Assembly (NCBI GenBank): GCA_000708835.1
Contig: DF236961.1
Span: 372,001-436,000, forward strand
From: Klebsormidium nitens
Taxonomy: Eukaryota; Plantae; Klebsormidiophyceae
Reading direction: 5' to 3'
Length of the DNA stretch: 64,000 nt
Part shown: in pieces, positions 1 to 10,039 of the stretch
Layout of the letters: the number at the start of each line of letters is the position of its first letter
How positions within the stretch are numbered: position 1 is the first letter of the stretch
The notes under the pieces: generated by a model
The model's database searches: none
The model's input: the letters and a program-made list of their open reading frames with translations, nothing else
Told to the model about the DNA's origin: nothing
Translations under genes and position numbers: made by a program

Positions 1-136
1 AAATCTGACTCGCAACCAATCCTCATTTAACATGAAACCTCAGAATGGGGTTCATTTTAGGATGCCTCGAACGCCTCATCTCCTTTGATCCCCAGTGATG
101 AGTTGCCAGTCAGTCTGAACTTTCTGAACTGTCCAG

Positions 137-3057
137 GATGGACCCGGCAATTGGGTCTCGGTTGATCTGGGCGACGCCGAGGAGCCGGGGGGCCTCGGCA
201 CGGGGGCAGCTGTAGCGGACATTGACGGCGATGGGCGGCTGGAGTTGCTAGTGTGAGTTGACACTAAACTTTTGCCGACACCAAGGAAGATAGCGAAATA
301 CACCGTGTGTCAAATGAAGGGTGGCGGACGTCGAAGGTGATGGGCTCCTGGAGTTGCTAGTGTGAGTTGCCCCACGCCCGAGGAACATGGCGAGAGAGAC
401 CTTTGTGTGGAAACAAGAAGTTGCTTTGAAAGTATCTTCAAGTCCGTCGCTGTTTTTGTACTGTCTCTTGTGTCTGCCCCTCCTCTACGCCCCGAGATGC
501 TAGAATCTTTCACTTTGACGTCCTCTTTCTCCTCTTCCAATCGTACCATTGGTACACAGCAGCTTTTTGAGACATTTGATCCAACCAGAATGTTGGCAAA
601 GTGGGCGTTCGCAGAGCAGCAGCGAACGCTGTCACGGTTGCCGCGATATCAGATGACTCAACACTCGAAAAGGGCGACCTTGAAGCGATCGGCCTGCTTC
701 TCGGTCGCCGAAACTGGGACCGATTCCTCTGACGAGACGCTACCTCCAGCGGGTTTGGAACCCTTTGGAATTCGAGCAGACGATGACGTAAGCTGACGCG
801 GGGCTGCCTTGCAGGTCGCACGGCGAGTTGCGGCCGCAGCCCCTGAGCCTCTTCCGGTCGCCTGAAAACGACAACGCGTGGTTGCGCGTGCGGCCGCTCA
901 CTAAACAGGTGCGATTTCAGGAACTCTTGCCTTTTCTCCCTTTTTCCTTAGTCAAAGATTTGCCTGACTATTCCGGAAGCCTGAGCTTTGAGACAACGCT
1001 GGGAGCCGCAACTCCTGAGCCTCTTCCGGTCGCCCGAAAACGGCAATGCGTGGTTGCGGGTGCGGCCACTCACTAAACAGGTGCATTTTGAGGAATTCTG
1101 GACTCCAAATCATGGCAGCCTATGACTGAAAAGCTTGGAGCCTGAGAGTCAGGAAAAAGCGGCAAGCCGGCCACACCCAAATTTCTTCTGGTTACTTTCA
1201 CACCCGCAGTCCTTCTGGCCGTTCGGTTCACACTTTGACCCGGTACTGTATGTCGTCTCAAGTGGATCCATCCGACAAGAGCTTGAGTGGAGGCACAGGA
1301 CAGAGAATCTGAAGTCGGCTGAAAAGACAAGACGATCGAAACCTTTGTCAAGGACACAAACCATCGAGAATATACCTGGTTAGTGAAGCAAATGAGAAAT
1401 CGATCGGAGACGATGTGTCGAATGTAGCCGTTGTCTCCTTTTGAATCTCGAGTCTTCACAAATCGCCCCTGTCGGCTAATTCAGCTCGCGCACAAGATAA
1501 TTCGACGGCATCTAGCGCACTACCGCATGGATTACTCATTCCCCGAGAATAAGTAAGCTGGCTAATGAAAAAGACCTCGAACTCTGCTTGACAGGCAAAG
1601 TCTTGACTGTAGCCGTTGTGTCTCTTCATTTTGCTAGTCTTCTCAAATGACCCCTTTTGGATGATAAAGCTTGCGCACAAGGTAATGTGACGGCATCTAA
1701 CGTACAGCCAAACGGGCCACTCGTTCGCCTAGTAGAATCTCAACCGGGTGCTTCTCGCAGGGCGCTCCTGCCCGGGGCGCCACGCGTCCAGTACCGTAGA
1801 TACCTCCAGAGATCGTTATCGGACGCCTGTGAGCTAACGGCTCGTTCAACTTTTCTAATCTGGTTTTCCCACAGGGTGCTCCTGCCCGGGGCGGAATGGT
1901 CACGCATCTTCCACCGTAGAAACCTCTGGAGGTCTTTATTGGACGCTTGGGAACCATCCGCCTGGCCAGCTAACGGCTTGTATCAACTGTTTTGATTTGA
2001 TTTTCCCACAGGGCGCTCCTGCTCGGGCCGCCACGGTCACGCATCTTCCACCGTAGAAACCTCTCGAGATCTTTATCGGACGCCTGGGAACCGTCGGCCT
2101 GGCCAGCTAAGAGCTCGTATTAACTTTTCTAATTTGAATTCTTCGCAGGGCGCTCCTGCCCGGGGCGCCACGGTCACGCTCACCGACTCCAACGGCCGGG
2201 TGCAAGTCCGGGCGATCGATGCCGGAAGCGGGTACTTGTGCCAAATGGAGGTGAGAATCCAAGATAAATCCACCTGTCCACCCCGAATTGCTTGCGTTTC
2301 TGCGGTATTCATCTAAGCCTGGGTTGGATGTTTGGGAGATATGCCCAAAGCAAGCGAAAGAGACTACCTCAGTGTGCACACACGCGCATGCGTTTCGTCC
2401 GTATATAAACGCGGCCTGGATTGTACGGCGTAGGTGCTGAGGCTGCAGGAGTCTGCGGAATCGCTTGCCAGGTTCTACGAATGTTCCGAATATAGTGCTA
2501 GCTGGAGGCTTCCCTTTTAACATGTCAATTCCAACTTCACCTCCTAGAGACCTGATCAAACATATTCGTGGACTCCAAGCAAGCTTGGTCCAAAGAATCA
2601 CATCCGAGGGTCGTGAATGCTTCTCGTGTAAACGCTCGTTCTGTGCTTATGCTTTCATGCGGATCCCTTTGGTTTGCCTTCATGTTGGCCCCCTATCTTA
2701 TCACATCGCCACCGCTTGTACCCATCAACTCGCCCTGAATTTCCTTCAAAAGTTGCCTTTGATCGAGGAGTCTCATTAGCGCACGGTCCATTTCGTCTGT
2801 CGCAAGAGTAAACCTCAGCAGCTGCAGGCTAGGAGCTCAACCCCCCTTGGGCGGGGGGGTGATTAGTACCACTTGCAACTCGCTGATTGCCTTGACTAAC
2901 TCACAACAATCCTGCGTCATACTTGCAGCCAGTGGCCCATTTCGGCTTAGGCGCTCTAAAGGCTGCCGTCGACATACAAGTGCGGTGGCCCGACGGTTCC
3001 ACGGTGCAGCTAGACGGTGTCGACCCCTGTCAAGTAATCAAGGTTCCCCACGTTTGA
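137..3057 (+). CDS. CRTAC1-like FG-GAP/ASPIC-UnbV protein, 3' part (5' exons outside the window)
   Basis: Phase-consistent GT-AG exons 137-252, 815-908, 2149-2250 and 2929-3057 translate to ...GDAEEPGGLGTGAAVADIDGDGRLELLVSHGE...NAWLRVRPLTKQGAPARGATVTL...IDAGSGYLCQMEPVAHFGLG...VRWPDG...PHV*. This has the FG-GAP DxDGDG motif and the ASPIC/UnbV GSGYLCQMEPVAHFGLG motif. Confidence 0.9.
330..370 (+). repeat. Intronic degenerate copy of the preceding exon end plus donor
   Basis: gtggcggacgtcgaaggtgatgggctcctggagttgctagt|gtgagttg mirrors the real junction at 252/253; the decoy GT is at 362. Confidence 0.85.
1003..1086 (+). repeat. Intronic degenerate copy of the exon 815-908 end plus donor
   Basis: ctgagcctcttccggtcgcccgaaaacggcaatgcgtggttgcgggtgcggccactcactaaacag|gtgc is nearly identical to the real exon end; the decoy GT is at 1081. 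Confidence 0.9.
1750..2148 (+). repeat. Tandem ladder of three decoy acceptors plus exon start (units 114, 137 and 137 bp)
   Basis: cag|ggcgctcctgcccggggc recurs at 1761, 1875 and 2012 before the real acceptor at 2149. Confidence 0.9.
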
Positions 3058-4318
3058 GAATAAGTCCTTGAACACCATTTTCGATTCAGTAGTCGAGTTG
3101 CGGGGCTGCGAGCGAAGCCCAGGTCGTGCGCATAATCGGAATTTAGAGCTCTCTCATGGAGAGCATATTGTCGGGCCACATTGGGCCGGGGCCATTGGGT
3201 TGACGAGTTGTTTAAAGATGGAGTCACACCAGGTTCGACTAATCTCTGTTACGATCGGCCAATGCGTCAGACTAATCGAGCGGTGTCACATGTATTGCAC
3301 GCATGCACATGCAAGATATGACTCGATTTGGCCGGGCACTGGCCGCCCCAACATGCGTTTTCGTATATTTCGCGGTGCGCTCAGTTCCATGCATTCACAA
3401 TACGAATCAACGATCATCTGCATCAATTAGTTCTCATTTCAATCTCTTCAGACTGTCTTTGATTAGTACAGGGCGGCCCGGGCCTGCGTGGCCATTTGAT
3501 AATCAGTCTGAGCGGGCGCCGCCCATGCCAGTGCAGTGAGTACGGGCGGCCCAGACTGACATTATGACCTGTGCAACAAATACACGTACAATTGGCAACT
3601 TCTTGATGCAGTCCGTCGATCAATCATATTGTCGTCGTCTTGTACTAAGCTAGCTATCATTGTTTCAATGAGCTTGGCCAGATTGACAAAACATGCGCTG
3701 CATGCAAAGTAAGGTTGATACAAGCATTTCTTGCTTATCGAAACGAACGTACCAATTAAGTCCGGCCCGGATCCGCGGCGCGAGGCTTGGACGCACCGCA
3801 CCGCGTAGACGTTGAAAGTGCATGTCCGATCAACACCATATCGTCGTTTTGACAATGTTAGGTACGTGGCGTGTTTGAACTTTTGTTTCGTCATCGTGAG
3901 CTCCCAATTAAACAAAACAATTCAATATTATGGGTGGGGTAGAAATTAAACTAATAGCAGGCAAACTAGTCAGCTGGGTCTATTTCCAAAATAGATGATT
4001 GACGATCGAGCGGAATAGCGACCTCTGAGTTTGTGCGAGCCAAAAACACAGTAAGCATCCGCGCAAAGCCGAGTTAGTCTCTGTTCACATTGTAGCGTCT
4101 ATCGAAGAGCGGCTGAAAAAGCTCAGAGTAGGTCAAAACTTCAATCACGTTAGTCCTGCTCATCAGCGAGTATCACTACATCCACCACCATCTCACATAT
4201 AGATACACTCAACAAGTATCAGTTAGATAGTAACGTTATCAGTGGCCCTGCTTAGGTTAATTTCGATATAGACTTATTGACCATTCATCTGGGCCTTACA
4301 AATCAAACAGCGCGCACT

Positions 4319-7300
4319 CTACAAGACATTCTCAAAGACTCTGCCCGGGTCGAAAAGGACCGCGTCTTGGTAGTCCGGGAACCACAGCGCTCCGGGGCCG
4401 CTCTCGCACACCACTATATCTCCCTCCGCGTAGCTCGCGGATGACGGGCAGCGCAAAACCCGGAAGACTACCCGGCCCCCCGAAACGCCCACGACTTCAA
4501 TCTTGCCCTGCTCGGTGGACATCACGAACCGGGCGTGTTTCTCTATCCCCGACAGCCCTTTCTGCGACTCGGTGAACACACCCCAAGCGGTTTCTACGGG
4601 CAGCGCAAAGGTGTGCTTGCCCGGAATGTCCCGGCACTGGAAGATGTAATGGTTGCCCAGTCCCCCGGCGAAGAGTTCCCGCTGGAGCGTCCGAAGAACG
4701 TCGGGACAGTCGTTGACCGTCCGAATGATGGGCGTCTGGTTCTCGACGCTGACGAAGGCGCGCCGCGCGAGCAGCGCGCGCACGGGCGCCAACACGGAGG
4801 GCAACCACTTGTACCCGGAAGCCGGAACGGCGGAACCGGAACGGACGTCGAAGACCGCGGAACTGGAAGCCGGTACCGCGGATTCGGAACGGACGAACTC
4901 CCTTGCGGGGTCGGTCTCCAGGACCTCCGCCGGGTGCGTGAATTGGGTCATGAAGACGATCCTTACCCCCGGGTTAGCGGCGTGAAACCCGTCCAGCATT
5001 TCGAAGAAGTTGGCGTCGAAGCGCATCGGGAAGAAGGCGAGCTCTTTCGTTCCGATGCGGATGGTCGTGATTCCGGCGTCGGCTAAGCGGAAGAGGAACC
5101 GCGCGAGGCGCTTGTTGGTCAAGAGCATGGGGTCGCCGCCCGAGAGCAGCGCCTCGCGGATGCGCGGCCGCGCCAAGGTTGAAGTTGACGATGTAGTCGA
5201 CAACGGGGTCGATCTGCGCGAGCGTCTGTAAAGCACAAGGGAAGCTCAGTCGGCTGCAATATAGATGGCGAAAAAGGTGCGTTTGGTTCTCAAGAACGCG
5301 AACGGATTATCTATCTTAATGGTTTACGAAAAGAATTTCGGAAGGTGAGGAATGAACCCTGTTATTGAGGCTGTTTCAAATTTGACATTTTGAGAGAGGA
5401 TGCAACGAAAAATAGAACTTGCTAAAGAACACATGGAAACAAGAGACCAAACACGCAAACCTGTGAGGGGACGTCATTATTTCAGCCAAGCAAGACAACA
5501 GATTGACAAATACTCAATCCCGTTACTGGGATGGGTTATCTGAAGTGGCAGTGACAAATTTAGCGCCGGCCCGAACACTTCAGCAATTCGGAGGACGCCT
5601 CGAGTCAGCCGAAGCAAGCAGGCGGCAAGCTTTGAAACTGGGTCGCTTCACGCCTCAGAGAGGATAGAGGAAGAGACTCACGACCGTTTTTTCTCTCTTC
5701 TCGAATTCGAGAGAAAGCTCTAGAGGAACAGGCGGCATGCGAAAGCCACATGATCCAAACGCCTAGACTGAGTTGGACACTGAAACTCTGCAAATCGAGT
5801 CCTGAGACTCTTGTTTGAACTATGCAAGGTTGCAGCCAATGACATCGTTCCGAACCTTTCCCGTCGTTCCGTTGAAGAGGTCGAGGTGGTAGCAGTAGCG
5901 GCAGTGGGCGGAGCACGTGCCCGAGGCGTAGAGGAGCACCATCTCGTATTTGTGGAGGAGGCCAGGGACCGGAGAGTATCTGGCGGGAACGGAACGAGAA
6001 GTTTTGAGCGGAACCGGAACAAACGTTAAGAAGCAAAAACGGAACGGAGACTATGTCGCGCACGAACGATATAGATGTAGCGCAACAGGAACAAGAAGTA
6101 TCTCGGGGAAATGGAAAGAAGATTGTGCAGGGGAAACGGAACGAGATTCTGCCGTCGAAAACTGGATATGGAAACCGATGAGGAGCGTTTGAGAAATTCT
6201 ATAGGGGCTAATCAGCGAAGGCAAGAGGACTCTCGTTGTCGCCGAAACGCTGGAAGCAGACAGCGAGAGAATTCATTTGGCAAAATCAGGGTTGCGACGC
6301 TGTGTCTGGTGGCCGTAGCAGGATGTGAGACTGACTCAAGCCAAATTGGTTGAAAAGGAAACATAGTCATGAGTTCGGATTTTGCGGCAGGCAACAAAGC
6401 TCATTCATGGATACAGGATCAAAGTTGCGGTGTATGAACCACGTGAGACTCTGCGTCCCGTGAACTTGTCAAGAGTTACTGAATGCGACAAAGTACGAAC
6501 CTCGATGAAGCGGACGGTTAACGAATTGATCGAGTGACTTAGTGTCCCTCACCTGTCTAGTTCCTCGCCCATGCTCGTTGAGGATTTATACGAGAAGTAT
6601 CTCTGCTTATAATGCACCGTCAAACCTCAGTTGTCAAGCTCAAGAAAGTCGACCAAAACGACCGCTGATATTGGAGAGCTGTCAAGGCCATGTGCCATCT
6701 GGTACCAAGCTCAACTTGTCAACCGTCAAGCCACGGACCTGTTCTGGTTCGAAGGATCCGCTTCTCCTGAGCTGAGGTCGTCTGTCTCCTCGGGGCGGGC
6801 CTTGACCAGGTTCATAAGGGCTTCACTCCGCTTGGCCAGCTTTAGATAGTGCTCAGAGATGCGCACCTGCACACGAGACGGGAAGCAAGGGTCAGATGAA
6901 GAATGCTCGAACCGTGAAAACTCTTGTCTGCAGTGATTATCGTCAGGAAATGTCACAACCCTTTTGTGCACGGGAGTCGCTATGATTGATCATCAACGGT
7001 CTTCAGAAAGTCCGATCTTGTCCACGGGTGGTTTCCATCTGTTTGCATGCGCAGCATAAACTATTCAATACGTTATTATTGCACATAGTGAAGTGACGCA
7101 TTTGATAGTTATCAATTTCATGCAAAGCATATATGAGGGTGGCGTAACTTGTTGCCGTCAGTCTGATGCTGATGGTCAATATCAGTTGATCAGATTCCAA
7201 AAATATCCTGATACCAAAAGCCGAGACCTTTGACGTCCTCAAAAATCTGCAGGTGGCTTAGGCTTTGTTGCACAGATCCTGCTCTTTTCTGCACATATAT

Positions 7301-8402
7301 ACAGTATCCGACTTGTGTGTTTTTAAACCATCTCCACTTTGTGTATCCAATTTTTGTTTTTGGGAAGTATTAAGGACGAACAAAACCAAGGAAAGTGTTT
7401 AGATTTGCATGGATTGATCGTTCTGATTTGTGTCCGGCAGCATGGATCTGACCAGGTTCTAAACCTACTTGAACATGACGACTGAAGATAGGTATTCATA
7501 ACCTTTGCCTGTTGATGCATATCCTCTCTTTCCTTGGCCTGATCTCTTCTTTCAGATCACACTAGTGTGCCTGGCTAGCAGAGATCAGGGGTATATGAAA
7601 ATGTATCAGAGAACCTCTGCAACTCCTTGCCTTTGATGCCAATTGCCTGTGAGTATTTTGTCAAGGCCCCCTTGCAGCTACTGCATGGTCATGACCAAGT
7701 CTCTAACAAATGGAAGAAACCTGGTTTACCACAGAGAGTACAGACTTCTCAGAGATCCGAAGAAGAAAGGGGACCCCCTGACTCTTCCTTCTTTCACAAA
7801 CATGTTTTCACCTTCATGCGCTTCTCAACATCGTGGGGGCTTCCCTGCAGTGCCGCCAGTGCTGCTAACTCCTCCTCAGAGTACACTTCCTTGAATGCAT
7901 CTGGAACCTTCCCCTCAAAAAAGGGCTTGAGCCCCACGATCCCAGCCCCATTCAAACCTCCCCGATCAAAGCAGGACTCTTTGATTGCTGCCAGTCTGGG
8001 GTCATCTTGCGGGGGCAATGCTTTGGCATCTGTGCCCCTAAACAGCCTCTCTAGATCTAGAGGTGAGCTTGTCAGTTCCGCTTCAGGTGCTGCATCTAGT
8101 GTCAGTGTGCTTTGAGCTTCTGAGCTCCTCTCCCCGGCAGCCTGACACCGCGCTGATCTGTCTGGAGAGCGCCTTCTGAAGGGCACAGAACTGAGATTGC
8201 CTTTACTGGTGGTACTGGTAGGCGTGGTGGTGTTGCCACCAGAGTGCCGCAGCCTGAAGTTATCCAGATTGCCGCGGGAGAGTGGAATCGTCACACCCAA
8301 CCTGCATTTTCCTGATGGCAAAGTACGCCCTGTATCAATGGAAGCGGCTGCTTGCAGGGAGCTCGACAGCAAACCAGGCCACTGCACAGCGGTGCAAGCC
8401 AT
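4319..8402 (-). CDS. KamA-family radical SAM/PLP amino acid 2,3-aminomutase-like protein with a transit-peptide-like N-terminus; frameshift near 5160
   Basis: Exons 8402-7812, 6866-6739, 5979-5856 and 5225-4319 have matching phases. Motifs: YSPVPGLLHKY, radical SAM CxxxCxxC (CSAHCRYC), LLSGGDP, RIGTK, THPAE, NQTPIIRTVND, and a putative PLP lysine in FVMSTEQGK. The spliced length of 1750 nt is not a multiple of 3. Confidence 0.9.
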
Positions 8403-8783
8403 TTTGTCTGTAGCTCGTCCGATCCAGCCGCTGTCGATGTTGATCTTTGTGAGAGCCTGTTCATGAATGGAACTGAGTCACTTCTGGAGCAACAATCTAC
8501 GTAGACTCTGACAAGAGATTCCCGAGAATTGTGTGGCTCGGATGAGAGAGCCCTACTACCTAACGCCGAACGCAGCAGCAACATGCTTCGAGTCCCTCCT
8601 TTCATTGCGACTCGGAGGCTAAGATTGTCGACCGTTTACCTACTTCTTGCGCCTGGCATTTACAATGCAAGACCAGACATCTGCTGAGTGCTCCTTACCA
8701 CCTGCCGACATTTGGAAAGCAGGGATGCTAGCGCAAAAGATTCCGACGGACTCGAGCAGCGGTAGACCAATGATGCCGCATAA

Positions 8784-9176
8784 TAGGCCCCGGAACATGG
8801 AATATCGGAATACGGAATACCCATTTTTGGAAGCGGAAGAATCCGGAATACCCAGATTTGGGCCTTGGAATACTAGAATACAGAATACAGGGCTTTTCCG
8901 AGCACATACATGTTGTTGGACACAACATGTGGCCAACAACGGCAAAATACTTGACTTCGAAGTAAGAAGACTTTCAAAAGCATGCTTCGAACGGAAGAAG
9001 ATTGTAAAAAAACTCACACGACAAGCGCACTCCTTACGTACCTTTCAAAATGTCAAAAGTCAAATTTGCGAAACGGAATACAGAATACTTGAGCACCCTG
9101 GAATACGGAATACTGCCTTTTTGAAACCTTGGAATACAGAATACTGGGGTTCAAGTATTCCATGTTCCGGGGCCGA
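8784..9176. mobile_element. MITE-like non-autonomous DNA transposon
   Basis: A 19-bp perfect inverted repeat (ggccccggaacatggaata, 8786-8804 and 9156-9174), GCATAA direct repeats flanking the element (8778-8783 and 9177-9182), and internal (G/A)GAATAC subrepeats. Confidence 0.8.
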
Positions 9177-10039
9177 GCATAAGCGCAATCTGCTTATATG
9201 TACGTTCCTTTTCATGATGACACTGAATGATTGGAGTGCTAATTATTTGGCTGGTACACATGGGCACATTTTTGTCGGCACAGGCTTCTGAGCCGTCGAT
9301 TGACCAGAGCGCAACCACAAACCCTAAAAGTTCTATCCTGAACGAGGCCTTGTGGGTCGGATGTACACATATGTGCAACCGCGGCCACCTGGTCTTTTGC
9401 CCCGCTAAGAAAGCTGACATGGTGGTATTAGGGAACGGCGCAAGGCCTCGACAGGATGCAGATCTAAAGTGCTCCAACACTGTAACGATCTTGACGCGAC
9501 TGAATGCTTAGCTAGATTTACATGCCCGTAGCGGGACTCCCAAGCAAATACAGTGTCAACGAAGCTACGTCAAGTGCAGCCACAATTCCGACTTTCTTGA
9601 AGTGCTCGTGAGGCTTGAGCCTTTCTGTCAGACGGTTGCATGATCAGAGTCAGAGTCGGAGGTTGTCAGAGTTTCAAGTGCACACCTGGTGCGAGTTGTA
9701 TCGCGTCAAGCAATATTTCAGCAGCGTGAGTTACTTGGTGCTTGTACTGACTTGCATAGCGCGGGCAGCGTTAAGTTCAGCAACGAGCACTCAGCACAGC
9801 ATATGATTCAGGCGGAACAGAATCTGATAACGGATTCTGACAGCTGCAATCCTCTGATCTTTTGGTTGGAGAAACTCTTCTTGAGGCTCTGCAGCTGCCA
9901 GTCCTTCCCTCGATTGCTTTCCTAAGCTCAACCAAGTGGACTTCATGTTTTTGTAGAACGGCCCAATCCGTTCATTGAGATCAGGGACGCCGCCTTCCTT
10001 CGCGCCAAAGCATGGTCTTCTGGAAGTCTGGGGCAAAAG

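Noticed and set aside
1750-2148. CRISPR-like appearance of the regularly spaced repeats
   Set aside because: The context is a eukaryotic intron, whole units are homologous with no unique spacers, the repeat equals an exon start, and there are no cas genes.
4497-5086. Overlapping ORFs in other frames and strands of GC-rich exons (also 17058-17812, 29909-30260, 33108-33584)
   Set aside because: These are expected stop-poor shadows of GC-rich coding sequence.
8647-9291. 214-aa ORF with EYR/NTE repeats
   Set aside because: It is a translation of the GGAATAC arrays of the MITE.
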